Positions 20,301-29,345 of a stretch of 64,000 nt of DNA are shown here, piece after piece. The notes beneath the pieces are model-generated. The model did no database searches. It had not been told where the DNA came from and saw only the letters and a list, made by a program, of their open reading frames with translations. Position numbers and translations under genes: made by a program. Numbering within the stretch: position 1 is the first letter of the stretch; every line of letters begins with the position of its first letter. Source of the DNA: Limnochordia bacterium (GTDB lineage: Bacteria > Bacillota > Limnochordia > DTU080); NCBI GenBank assembly GCA_050951545.1, contig JBMNJG010000007.1, positions 224,001 through 288,000 of the forward strand, in the 5' to 3' direction.

Positions 20301-21174
20301 GCTGTTTTCGGCTGCTGCTGTCGCAGGTGAGTTGAATGTCGGGGCCTGGGAGAACGCTGAGCGCATCTTGGCCGAGGAGGATGCACTTGCTCCAGAGATT
20401 CGGGCTCAGCTCACCGCGCAGCTTGCTTGGCGCTACCCCTGGGGCGCGGCCACGCAGTTTGCTGCCAAGACTACAGTGACTGAGCTGAAGAGACTGGAGA
20501 TGCGGGAAGCCGATCCAGAGCATCCGGGCGTTTCGCCATTTCGGCAGCCCGTCTTTCGCCGTCCCGCTTTCTTGCAGGTGCGGCGAGGACTCGCTGCTGC
20601 CGAGGTAGGCAGCGCGACCCATCTGCTTCTGCAACACGTGCCTCTGACGGAGCCGATCACCCTGTCCACAGTAGACGCCTGTCTGGCTAAGCTTGTGGCG
20701 GAGGAGATGCTTGGCAAAGAGGCAGCTGCAGCTGTTGACAAGGAATCGATCGTGCGTTTTGCGGCCAGTCCGCTGGGCAAGCGTCTGCGAGGGGCCCTCG
20801 TCTGGCGCGAATTGCCGTTCTGCCTCGCACTGCCAGTTGCTGAGGCGGGTGGGCTGGGCGCTGCGGGCCAGGTGCCTTGTGGGGAGGCCGACACGGATGA
20901 CGCTGTGCTCATGCAGGGGATCATCGACTGCATGTTCCGTGACCGGGCAGGCCGTTGGGTACTGATTGATTTCAAAACGGACCGTTTGTGGATGAGGCCT
21001 GAAGCGATTCCTACTGCGGTGCGTCAGCGCTATGCCCGCCAGCTGCAATGGTATGCTAGAGCGGCAGAGACGATACTGCATGTGGAAGTCGAAGAGTGTT
21101 ATATCTATCTCTTGGCCCACGATCTGGCGGTGTCTGTCGAATACGTGTCTGTGCCTGAAAGCGTCAGTGAGTAG
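17371..21174 (+). CDS. addA: ATP-dependent helicase/nuclease subunit AddA
   Basis: Motifs WTDEQ, AAAGSGKT, TFTEAAA, DEYQD, GDVKQSIYRFR, SIHRSKGLEF, LYVALTRARE and RecB nuclease QGIID...IDFKTD. Confidence 0.95.
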   Translation: MPQWTDEQWEAITARNESLLVSAAAGSGKTAVLVERVCHYLVELGGDIDQLLVVTFTEAAAAEMRQRIAAALRARLAQEPTNRHLLRQLALLEQAHISTIHAFCLRMLRRFFYRVDLDPAFRVMDDAEDRLLKLEVLEHTLEAHYSAEQPGAAFYELVDRYSDRSGGMLQELVLRLHDFAQSQVFPAVWLQNCKEAFAVGPEATLEELRWYGVVREQARAELENAQAALEAALSLTAHPNGPDHYTKPVQSDLALVSDLERQVRTGTWDGMVEACQKMVFAAARGRAKNDVDQELLEQVKALRDEAKRLLRGLAETLYTRSASQMLGDLRSLQRPMETLIGLVDEFSRHYVQAKQSRGLVNFSDLERLALRLLLAPESTAEQLTPSATALELQEQFTEVLCDEYQDINPVQNALLGLVAGEHGTAADVTPRLFVVGDVKQSIYRFRLAEPRIFLERAQMATEGSACRRVDLAANFRCRRSIVDGVNRFFSAFMSEAVGDVRYDARAALVHRANYPAQPTREDPPIEVFLLEGDPRLVEEARHTQLVTDGAERGSSESRTDDSGEEGEETVDLTSLEREAVLIARRITELMEEPCLVWDKKEQVYRPLRYRDIAILLRATQVKASYFIDTFRREGVPLYAETGAGYFRAPEVETFMALLAIIDNPRQDIPLAGVLRSPLGQFTAAELADIRLAASEGDFYTAVVGRAESEDALGQRLTVFLTRLDEWRTRARRGALSQLLWGIYSETGYYDYVGGMPGGGQRQANLRALYDRARQFDQFARQGLLRFLQFIGDLRSAGEDLGTAPALGENEDVVRLMSIHRSKGLEFPVVFVAGLGTAFNQRDLVGSLIYDRELGLGPQLVDPARYTRAHTLASLGVRESIRRASLSEEMRILYVALTRARERLFLVATVRGLTTSCERWQQTAETIRATGTMPTFRVVTARRFSDWMGPVLAAMELIPADVEARRPVAAEVPGWRLQLFSAAAVAGELNVGAWENAERILAEEDALAPEIRAQLTAQLAWRYPWGAATQFAAKTTVTELKRLEMREADPEHPGVSPFRQPVFRRPAFLQVRRGLAAAEVGSATHLLLQHVPLTEPITLSTVDACLAKLVAEEMLGKEAAAAVDKESIVRFAASPLGKRLRGALVWRELPFCLALPVAEAGGLGAAGQVPCGEADTDDAVLMQGIIDCMFRDRAGRWVLIDFKTDRLWMRPEAIPTAVRQRYARQLQWYARAAETILHVEVEECYIYLLAHDLAVSVEYVSVPESVSE

Positions 21175-21198
21175 TGGATGTGCATAGGAGGAAGCCAG

Positions 21199-21969
21199 AT
21201 GAGATTCTTTGTCCTCACGGATCTAGAAGGAGTGGCAGGCGTTCATTCGTTCAGCCAGACTCGCAAGGTAGAGCTCCCACAAAAGGAGCCGGGCATGCGC
21301 CAGCTGGCTCGGGAAGTGAATGCTTGCGTAGAGGGTATCCGCGCTGTGTATCCGGACGCAGAGGTTGATGTGTGGGACGGTCATGGCAGTGGGGGAATGT
21401 TTCGGGAGGATATTGTCGCGGCTAACTTCATTCCGCATACTGAGCGCCCCTATCGCGATCTGTCGGGCTATGCGGCGGTACTCTTTGTGGGGCAGCACGC
21501 TATGGTTGGGACGCCGTTTGCCCCCTTGTGCCATACCTACTCATCGCTGAGTGTCGCCTACTATCGGCTAAACGGGATGTTTGTCGGGGAGTTCGGGGCG
21601 CGTGCTTTCATGACAGGTCTTCAGGGGGTACCAGTCATCTTTCTTGCAGGTGATGATAAGGCGGCGCATGAGGCGCAAGTGCTGATTCCTGAGATTGAGA
21701 CGGCTGTGGTAAAATGGGGTAAAGGGTTTGAGGCTGCAGAGAGCTTGACCAGCGAAAAAGCCTGTGATTGCGTACGTCAGGGTGCCGAGCGGGCGGTGCG
21801 CCGTCTGTCCGAGATACCGCCTCTGACAGGAATCGAGGCTCCGTTTACGCTTGAGATACGCTACTACGAGCCAGTTGATCCCAGACGTTGGCAAAGACCG
21901 GAGGTAAGCATCATCGACAGTCGCACAGTCCAGATCACAGGCCAGGATCTTAGCACTATGCCCTTCTAG
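21199..21969 (+). CDS. M55 family D-aminopeptidase (DppA-like)
   Basis: Motifs TDLEG, DGHG, GQHA, HTYS, GDD. Confidence 0.85.
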   Translation: MRFFVLTDLEGVAGVHSFSQTRKVELPQKEPGMRQLAREVNACVEGIRAVYPDAEVDVWDGHGSGGMFREDIVAANFIPHTERPYRDLSGYAAVLFVGQHAMVGTPFAPLCHTYSSLSVAYYRLNGMFVGEFGARAFMTGLQGVPVIFLAGDDKAAHEAQVLIPEIETAVVKWGKGFEAAESLTSEKACDCVRQGAERAVRRLSEIPPLTGIEAPFTLEIRYYEPVDPRRWQRPEVSIIDSRTVQITGQDLSTMPF

Positions 21970-22052
21970 TCGGCTGTGGGGGCAGGTCTGCAGGCAACCG
22001 TGTCGGGTAGGTAGAACTACATTCCGAAGTGACGTATGGGAGGGGTACATGA

Positions 22053-23084
22053 ATGTCGAAAAAACTAGGTTGGGCGATTGTGGGTTGTGGCGTTATCTCA
22101 ACTACCCATGCCAAGGCGATTGCAGCTGCTCCATCGGCTGAACTCATTGCGACCTGCGATATCATCCCCGAACGTGCACAGAAGCTGGCCAGCGAGTACG
22201 GCGCCCCCCATTGGTATGAGGACTTTAACGAAATGCTCAAGCGTGACGACATTGATGTAGTCTCCGTCTGTACCCCCAGTGGGTTGCACGGTGTGGTGGC
22301 GGAGGCAGCGGCCAGGGCGAAGAAGCATGTGTTTACGGAGAAGCCCATTGAGATCACTAGACCGGCGATCGATCGTATGATCCAGGTTTGCCATGACGAA
22401 GGGATCAAGCTCGGCTGCGTATTCCAGATGCGTACCTACGCCAACAACATAGCGGTGCGTAATGTCGTACAAGAGGGCAAGCTGGGCAAGATGGTTTTGG
22501 CCGATGCTTACATGAAGTACTATCGCAGCCCTGAGTACTACAAGAGCGCTGGCTGGCGTGGCACTTGGGAGTTGGATGGCGGTGGCGCTCTGATGAACCA
22601 GGGCGTACATGGCATTGACCTTCTGCTGTGGATGGCAGGTGACGTGGAGAGTGTGGTCGCTCAGACAGACCATTTGGTGCGTGACATCGAGGTCGAGGAT
22701 ACCGCAGTAGCCATTCTGAAATTCAAGAACGGCGCCTTCGGTGTCATTGAGGGCACCACATCTGTTACGCCTGGCCAGGGTGCTCGGTTTGAGCTACACG
22801 GTAATGACGGCACCGTGATCCTGCGAGACGGCAAGATCGGTGCCTGGCACGTGCCCGATGTGCCACAGCCGGGTACAGGCGAAGAGGCAGAGGGTGGCAA
22901 GGCGCATTCGGACCCCAAAGCCATCACTGCCACTGGCCATGTCTTCTTGGTTGAAGACATGTGCCAAGCTATCTTCGAGGACCGTGACCCGCACATCACG
23001 GGAGAATCGGCTCGCAAGGCAGTGGATCTGATTCTGGCTATTTACGAGTCATCGCGGACCAACAAGCGGGTTTATCTGGACTAG
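22053..23084 (+). CDS. Gfo/Idh/MocA family oxidoreductase
   Basis: Motifs VGCGVIS, TPSGLH, EKP, WRGTWELDGGGALMNQGVH. Confidence 0.9.
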   Translation: MSKKLGWAIVGCGVISTTHAKAIAAAPSAELIATCDIIPERAQKLASEYGAPHWYEDFNEMLKRDDIDVVSVCTPSGLHGVVAEAAARAKKHVFTEKPIEITRPAIDRMIQVCHDEGIKLGCVFQMRTYANNIAVRNVVQEGKLGKMVLADAYMKYYRSPEYYKSAGWRGTWELDGGGALMNQGVHGIDLLLWMAGDVESVVAQTDHLVRDIEVEDTAVAILKFKNGAFGVIEGTTSVTPGQGARFELHGNDGTVILRDGKIGAWHVPDVPQPGTGEEAEGGKAHSDPKAITATGHVFLVEDMCQAIFEDRDPHITGESARKAVDLILAIYESSRTNKRVYLD

Positions 23085-23169
23085 CCTGATTGGTGGGTGC
23101 GGGCTCACTGCGTGGGGGCCTAGTGCTGTGTGGGGCCCCCACATTGGTTTCATGTGGGAGGCAGCTGTA

Positions 23170-26100
23170 ATGCAGGTTACCAAGAGTCTGGTTGTTGCCG
23201 CAGCGTTGGCCGTGTGCTTTTTGCTGCCTATCGCCAAAGCAACAGCGAAAGAAACGACAGCGAAGGTCACTGTCGTACCTAAGATAGGTGTAATGACCTC
23301 AGCCGAGGACATTGAGAGGGCGCGCCAGATGGCCCTGACCAAATCGTGGGCAAAGAATGAAGCAGAGAAGATCATCCGTGAGGCCTCTCACTGGGTAGAT
23401 CTCCCTGACAGTTGGTATCATGAGATGATGCCGCCGCAGGGTTCCGTCTTTGCCTATGGACAGACTGGGTGTCCCATCGATAACACGGCGTGGCCGAACT
23501 TCGGATCGGGAGGCGTCGCCGATTTCTCTCGGCCACTGGTGCTACAGTGTCCCAATGGCCATTTGATAGATATCGACGATCCCACGTCACCGTACTACGA
23601 TCCCGGGCCGGGCATCGCTATCGATGGTGTGAGGTACTACTTGCGCGGGATATGGAATGCCTACGTGACAAATCAGTTGGCGGGGTGGGGAAGCGACAGC
23701 GGCGCTGTCCAAATGCTGGCCTATGCCTACGCCCTCACTGGTGATACACGCTACGCGCACAAGGCCATGGTGATCATGGATGCCCTGGCCACTCTGAGCC
23801 CTACCACCATCGGACCTCGGGACTTTGTGAGCAGCGAAACACAGGTGCAGGGGCGTCTACACTGGCTGACCAGCATTGTCTACCGATCTCGCATCCATCT
23901 TGTCAATGCCTATGACATCGTGTACCACGGGGTGGCAGCAGACGAGCCATCGCCGACATTCTCAGGGCGCAGCTTGCGAGAGAATATCGAGCAGGGTTTG
24001 TTCATGGACTATGTCTTTGATCACTACGACATGCGCAACGGCCGTCTCGCGTCGCTGCACAACCATGAGGCTGACAGCGTACGCGGAATGCTGGCGGTGG
24101 GGATGCTTCTCGGTATCCCTGAGTACATTACCTGGGGTATCGATGCCATCGCAAAATTCCTCGACAACACGATCGATCGGGATGGCCTTTACTACGAGAC
24201 GTCGCTAAGCTACTCTACGTTCTCGCAGGGCGTCTTTCTCAACATGGCCGAGCTCGCTTACAACTACTCACCTGACAACTACAAGGGTTCGGGTTTTCCC
24301 GCCAAGAGCGATTTTCCCTATGAAGCGAACTTCTATGACCATCCCAAGCTGCAGAGGTTTCTCATAGGCTATCGCGAGCGCGTGGACGCAGCGGGTTTTC
24401 GGCCTGCCATCGGTAACGCCTCACCCAATCTCAAGCGGCAGTATGTGACCTCTCGGTCATTAGAGCCTGCGGCGCGTCTGGCCTTGGAGCACTTCGTTGT
24501 GCGCTGTAGCGATTCGCAGCTGAGAACTCAGTTTGCTGAGATGCTACGGGCCGACAGTGCAGGCGACACCGATCGGAAACGCTCCGGACGCTGGCTCTTA
24601 TTCCATGCAGAGGAGCTTCCCGAGGCTACCGCTACAGCATCTGATGTAAGTGTGGAGGGTACTGAATCGGCGTTGCTTGGCGGCACTGGGATGGGCTATT
24701 TGCGTTCGGGTGAGCCGCCCAACTTGCGCGCGGCTCTCATGCGAGGGGGCAGCACGCTACCCCACGGACATGACGATGTGCTAGGGCTCTTGCTGTACGC
24801 CAGGGGCTGGGATTTCAACACGGAGGTGGGCTACGGCATCTTCGGTACGCCGTTGCACTTGGGATGGGGTTCCACGGGTATCGCTCACAATCTCGTGGTA
24901 GTAAACAAGGGGCTCCGGCGCAATGACGGTAAGTTTCAGGTTGGCCCCGGAGGCGACACTTTGGCTTTTGCCAAAGGTCAGGGCTTCTCTGGCATGGAGA
25001 TGGACGCGCCCCAGATGTTCGAGGCGGTGGATGGCGTGTCTCAGTATCAGCGTGGGGTGTGGCAGATAGATGTCGATGAGTACGACAGCTACTGGGTTGA
25101 CGTCTTTCGCGTTAAGGGCGGTTATTCGCATGATTACTCTTTTCATGCGGGCACAACCCTGCTTAACTTTGAGGGCGTGCAGCCGGAGTCGATCCCGGAG
25201 GTCTGGACCCTTCACGGATTAGATGATCCTCACGCGTCGTTTGATGAGCCCACGAAGAGCTGGGGCGAACGCATCACCCCCGGAGAGAATATCAAGGATC
25301 TTGGAGTCCCCAGTGAAGGCGTGAGGCCCGGAAGAGGTTGGACACCAATCCCAGGCAATGGATACGGGTTCATCCACAACCTCAAAGGCGGAGAGCCCAC
25401 TGGTGCCTGGAGCGCCACCTGGAGTATGGTCGATATGTCGATCACGAGGCTGCGTCTGACCATGCTACCCCAGGGCGGTGCCCAGCAGGTCTATAGGGGA
25501 GTCGGCCCCGATCTGTCAGGCAAGAGCAAGTACGCTTGGGCGGTGGCTCGTCGAGAAGCTGAGGCGCCGCTGGAAAGCCGTTTCGTATCGGTGATACAAG
25601 CCTATGGCGTCAGGCCTACGGTGAGTGAGATCATTGAGTTGACGCACAGGAAAGGGCACAGCCAGAGTGCGGCCTTGCGGCTTGAGTTGCGCACTGAAGG
25701 CCGTGTGGATTATGTGCTAAGCAACCCGGAGCCAGAGCTGCAGCTGGTGGCCACTGATGGCGACCACGAACTGGCCACAGATGCCATGTTCGCCTTGGTG
25801 CGGGTGATGGGTGACGAGCTCATTGGTTTGCACATGGTGGGTGGTACCTACTTACGCTACGGGCCCTGGCAGGTGCAAGCTGAGAAGGTCCGCCACGATG
25901 GAGTGATTGAGCAAGTCGATTACGACGCTCGTCGGCTACTGACTCGGACACCCTTGCCTTCGCAGGTACTGAATGGCGCTACCGTGGTCATCACCAACCC
26001 GGCCTACAGTCGGAACACGGCGTACAAAGTGGCTGGTGTAAGCGAGCTTGGCGACGGGCTCTACGCCATTGAGCTCGGACAGGCAGCACTGGAGTTGGGT

Positions 26101-26436
26101 CGTACCGAGATTGAGAGAGTCTCTGGCGATGGTCAGCTTGCACTTAAGGCGCCGCTACCTACTGCGTTTGAGTACAACACTGACACCCGTGCCCTGCATG
26201 GCAAACAGGTGGCCAATGGCCGTACGCGTACGTCTGGTGTCGTGCAAGCAAATCCTTCGATGAAGAGTCTGCGGTTGGTTGAGCCCGTAGCTGGTTGGGA
26301 GGCAGGTGATCCCCTGGTCATTCTGGATGTGAGTACAGGGGATACCTTTGAGATACTGACCCAGGTCGACGCCGAGCACAGAGGCGACGTTTGGGAGATC
26401 GCGGCCACGGTTGAGGCTGCAGTAGAGGGACTCTAG
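23170..26436 (+). CDS. Secreted heparinase II/III-like (polysaccharide lyase-like) protein
   Basis: Signal peptide (ending ...AKA), helical region with LAYAY...GD.RYA and NH...DG..YE, heparinase II/III-like HGHDD and AHNLVVV motifs. Confidence 0.7.
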   Translation: MQVTKSLVVAAALAVCFLLPIAKATAKETTAKVTVVPKIGVMTSAEDIERARQMALTKSWAKNEAEKIIREASHWVDLPDSWYHEMMPPQGSVFAYGQTGCPIDNTAWPNFGSGGVADFSRPLVLQCPNGHLIDIDDPTSPYYDPGPGIAIDGVRYYLRGIWNAYVTNQLAGWGSDSGAVQMLAYAYALTGDTRYAHKAMVIMDALATLSPTTIGPRDFVSSETQVQGRLHWLTSIVYRSRIHLVNAYDIVYHGVAADEPSPTFSGRSLRENIEQGLFMDYVFDHYDMRNGRLASLHNHEADSVRGMLAVGMLLGIPEYITWGIDAIAKFLDNTIDRDGLYYETSLSYSTFSQGVFLNMAELAYNYSPDNYKGSGFPAKSDFPYEANFYDHPKLQRFLIGYRERVDAAGFRPAIGNASPNLKRQYVTSRSLEPAARLALEHFVVRCSDSQLRTQFAEMLRADSAGDTDRKRSGRWLLFHAEELPEATATASDVSVEGTESALLGGTGMGYLRSGEPPNLRAALMRGGSTLPHGHDDVLGLLLYARGWDFNTEVGYGIFGTPLHLGWGSTGIAHNLVVVNKGLRRNDGKFQVGPGGDTLAFAKGQGFSGMEMDAPQMFEAVDGVSQYQRGVWQIDVDEYDSYWVDVFRVKGGYSHDYSFHAGTTLLNFEGVQPESIPEVWTLHGLDDPHASFDEPTKSWGERITPGENIKDLGVPSEGVRPGRGWTPIPGNGYGFIHNLKGGEPTGAWSATWSMVDMSITRLRLTMLPQGGAQQVYRGVGPDLSGKSKYAWAVARREAEAPLESRFVSVIQAYGVRPTVSEIIELTHRKGHSQSAALRLELRTEGRVDYVLSNPEPELQLVATDGDHELATDAMFALVRVMGDELIGLHMVGGTYLRYGPWQVQAEKVRHDGVIEQVDYDARRLLTRTPLPSQVLNGATVVITNPAYSRNTAYKVAGVSELGDGLYAIELGQAALELGRTEIERVSGDGQLALKAPLPTAFEYNTDTRALHGKQVANGRTRTSGVVQANPSMKSLRLVEPVAGWEAGDPLVILDVSTGDTFEILTQVDAEHRGDVWEIAATVEAAVEGL

Positions 26437-26452
26437 AGCCATCCCAGCGCGT

Positions 26453-26491
26453 ACGTGAAGAGGGGACCCCAAGCGGGTCCCTTCTTCACGT
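26453..26491. terminator. Bidirectional terminator hairpin
   Basis: ACGTGAAGAGGGGACCC-CAAGC-GGGTCCCTTCTTCACGT between convergent genes. Confidence 0.75.
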
Positions 26492-26513
26492 TTCGTGCTT
26501 GGTGCACAGCGTC

Positions 26514-29048
26514 TCACCTATGGCCGAGACAGCGGAGAATGTGCTGCACCATCTGGTGGCGGATGTCATACAGATCGCCTCGCGGGTCGAGGGTGTCGAC
26601 AAACTTCTGCGCATCTGCTCGCACCTGTGGTTTTGTGCACATGTCAATGGCTTCTAGTAGCGTGGCCATGTAGCGTACATCGTCACGGGCTTCCCGGTAC
26701 CCTGCGAATTGCACAGTACTGACGACGCCGTCGATTGTGGGGTAGGCAAAGTTGTGGTCGCGGTATGAAGTACTGTCGAAATCGTTCCAGACGTGGCCAA
26801 AGCCGTGTTGGTAGGCATAGTTCATTGCACCGTCGAAGCCAGCCTGCCACAGCACCAGGCCGTAGTTGCGCCGGTAGGTCTCTGGCTCTTCGGGCCCCAC
26901 TTGGGGAAAGGCGTAGGCCAAGACGCGGCTACCCACAGAGTGGAACTTCTTCGCTTCTTCGGGGTCGGGTTTGCCCGCCAAAACGGCGATGTTTAGCAGG
27001 CTGCCCATAGCTTCAAAGAGGCCCTTGTAACCAGCGACGAAAGTACCAGCGCCAGTGTCTTGCACTGCCTTCCAAGCCGCTTGCTGAGCGTTCAGCCGCT
27101 CTCCAATTGCTTCGTCTATCCCGTAGACATACAGCTCTTCGTACCCATGCTGACGAGCCAGAGTCAGCCACTGCTTCACTTGGTAGCTAAGGATGGCTAG
27201 GCTGTACTTGTCTGAGGGGCTACCAGTGCTCAGCCCCAGTGTGAAGAGAATGTCATCGGATATACCTGCCTGTTTACGCAGGGTGAGTGCCCGGGGGAGG
27301 AGTGTTTCGTCCCATCCCTGGTAGATTGTTGGGTGTAGTACGCCATGCTCCGCCAGGTTACGCATCTCGGCCAGGTACTGCTGCTGTGAGCGCTGTTCGG
27401 AGGTGATGGTGGGCTGATCGTCCCAAGTGAGCCTGCCACGGTAATACAGCGAATAGATCAGCGGTGAAGGGGCGAGATCAAACGGGTGGATGTGTACGGA
27501 CAGGGGCAGGTGCATGGGCTCAGAGCCTTCTGCTGTGATGGTGAGCTCTCCTGAGTACGTCCCTGCTGGCAGATCGTCAGGGATTTCTACGGTGATCCAG
27601 TATTGCTGGCTGCGTAGAGCAGGGAGGCTTATGGGCTGAAGGGTCTTGGCATCAATGGGCCGGACCTTCATCAGTTCGGTACTGGTCGTGCCCGAGGCGA
27701 GAATGTATCGCTCGCTGCCGTCTTCAGCAGTGCTGCGCAGGTAGTTTGCTTCTGCCTGTTCATCCACCTGTACAAGCGCATCATCGTTAAGCAGAAGCTC
27801 TGGGGTCAGCTGTTTGTTGTGTAGATCGGAGATCGAACGGCCTGCTTGGTACCAGACTTTGACGAGTTTCACGTCTATGTCGTTGGGCTTAATGCGTCCT
27901 CCGGGGCCATGCAGATCGCTTGCCGTGATAAGCAGATTCCTTACAGGCTCGAGTGGGTAGATGACGACACTAGCCGTCTCGTATTCACCGCGGCAACCCG
28001 AGACCTGAATCTCCTCAGCCAGCGCCCCTACGAGAGACAGCTTTGTCGGGAGGATACGGGTGTTGGAGATGGCGGGAACTTCATAGACCATCATGTTTCG
28101 CCCTTCTTGGAGGGCTTTGGCCATATGGGCAAACAGCATCGGGGCACCCTCCGCGGTGGCCAGCTGGTCGATGAACTGCTGAATCTCGTCCGCACGTGCG
28201 TACCCAATGCCAGCAAAGGTTCTCAGCGTAGTGAAAGCAGCATCAACGGTAGCCTCGATCTCCTCTGCTTTGGATCGCAGAGCCGTTGAAAGGGTGGGCA
28301 GCACTTTCCTCAAATCTTGTTCTGCAGTAGTCAGGCGTTCTTCCCAGCTAGAAAGGCGATGCCGCCAGTTTTCTTGGAAGAGTCGCCAGCGTGCCATATA
28401 CTCCTCATGGTAGTCCGAGTCGTTGGGAGCCTGACCCTCTATACGTATGTCATCGACGTAGATGACCGCTCGGTCTCCGGGTTTGCCAGTGATGAATATG
28501 CCCCAGCGATCTACGTAAACGCCAGCATCGTCCTTGGTGGCACCGTCAACCCATGTGGCCATGACCGAGTTTGCGCTCTGCTGGGCGCGCTCGGCCAAAG
28601 CGGCACTGAACTGCTTCCATGTGCCGTTGGTTGTGGTGTTCTTGTCAAAGGGGGAGCAGCCAGAGTGACGGGTAGGTGGGAAGATATAGTTCGCTCCCAA
28701 ACCAACGCTTGCGGTGTTACCTGGGCCCAGCTTCATTTGTCCTGTGAACGTCAGTTCTCCGGAGGCCGGGATCCTTATGGGCACACTGAAGTAGGCATAA
28801 GATCCCGAGGTCAGGGTGATGTCGAGTTTGAAAGCCTGCTTGCCTTCGAAGGCCTCCTCGTCGACAATGCCTTTGAAGTTGATGGTGTAAGTTCCGTTTG
28901 TTGCCCAACTGCGTACCATGTCCTGATCGGACTCGAAACTCTCGTGGTAGACGAATGGAGCCAGCCCCAGCTCTTGCGCCCAAGCGGCCTGCAGCGCAAC
29001 AAGTAGTAGGCACAAGGTGAGGGCTAGCTGAATCACGCGCATGGTCAT
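26514..29048 (-). CDS. Secreted putative glycoside hydrolase (N-terminal CBM-like domain; GH123/DUF4091-like C-terminal part)
   Basis: Signal peptide (ending AWA), CBM-like YVDDIRI, RGEYE...WITVEIP..G.YSG, YGIDE, C-terminal REARDDVRY. Confidence 0.55.
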   Translation of the reverse strand: MTMRVIQLALTLCLLLVALQAAWAQELGLAPFVYHESFESDQDMVRSWATNGTYTINFKGIVDEEAFEGKQAFKLDITLTSGSYAYFSVPIRIPASGELTFTGQMKLGPGNTASVGLGANYIFPPTRHSGCSPFDKNTTTNGTWKQFSAALAERAQQSANSVMATWVDGATKDDAGVYVDRWGIFITGKPGDRAVIYVDDIRIEGQAPNDSDYHEEYMARWRLFQENWRHRLSSWEERLTTAEQDLRKVLPTLSTALRSKAEEIEATVDAAFTTLRTFAGIGYARADEIQQFIDQLATAEGAPMLFAHMAKALQEGRNMMVYEVPAISNTRILPTKLSLVGALAEEIQVSGCRGEYETASVVIYPLEPVRNLLITASDLHGPGGRIKPNDIDVKLVKVWYQAGRSISDLHNKQLTPELLLNDDALVQVDEQAEANYLRSTAEDGSERYILASGTTSTELMKVRPIDAKTLQPISLPALRSQQYWITVEIPDDLPAGTYSGELTITAEGSEPMHLPLSVHIHPFDLAPSPLIYSLYYRGRLTWDDQPTITSEQRSQQQYLAEMRNLAEHGVLHPTIYQGWDETLLPRALTLRKQAGISDDILFTLGLSTGSPSDKYSLAILSYQVKQWLTLARQHGYEELYVYGIDEAIGERLNAQQAAWKAVQDTGAGTFVAGYKGLFEAMGSLLNIAVLAGKPDPEEAKKFHSVGSRVLAYAFPQVGPEEPETYRRNYGLVLWQAGFDGAMNYAYQHGFGHVWNDFDSTSYRDHNFAYPTIDGVVSTVQFAGYREARDDVRYMATLLEAIDMCTKPQVRADAQKFVDTLDPRGDLYDIRHQMVQHILRCLGHR

Positions 29049-29175
29049 CAGTCCTTTCGTCAGTTGGCAGAATGCGGCGAACATGCCTTGCTGGTGGTCC
29101 ACACTTTTGGACTCCCAATTGGTGTTCTTGACAAGCTGGTTACATCCCTCTGGAAAGTAAGAAGGGATAAAGATA

Positions 29176-29197
29176 GTTCTACGCAATAACGTAGAAC
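29176..29197. promoter_or_regulatory. Palindromic operator candidate between divergent CAZyme-like genes
   Basis: Perfect 8-bp inverted repeat GTTCTACG-CAATAA-CGTAGAAC. Confidence 0.4.
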
Positions 29198-29345
29198 GGC
29201 ACCGGATTTCCGGAGATAGCTACCAAGATCAACTGCGCTCTCAGCAAACCCGAAGGGAAAGGTGATCACTAGAATGGCCAGTCGTTCGCCATTGCTTGGC
29301 CCACACGCTCGTCCTAACGTGCTGTCAGCGCACAGCCGGGGAACT

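Noticed and set aside
20077-21120. 347-aa ORF antisense to addA
   Set aside because: Shadow ORF with no protein-like features.
13899-21174. Helicase-nuclease pair as a novel defence system (Cas4-like Cys motif)
   Set aside because: Size, gene order and all motifs match housekeeping AddAB.
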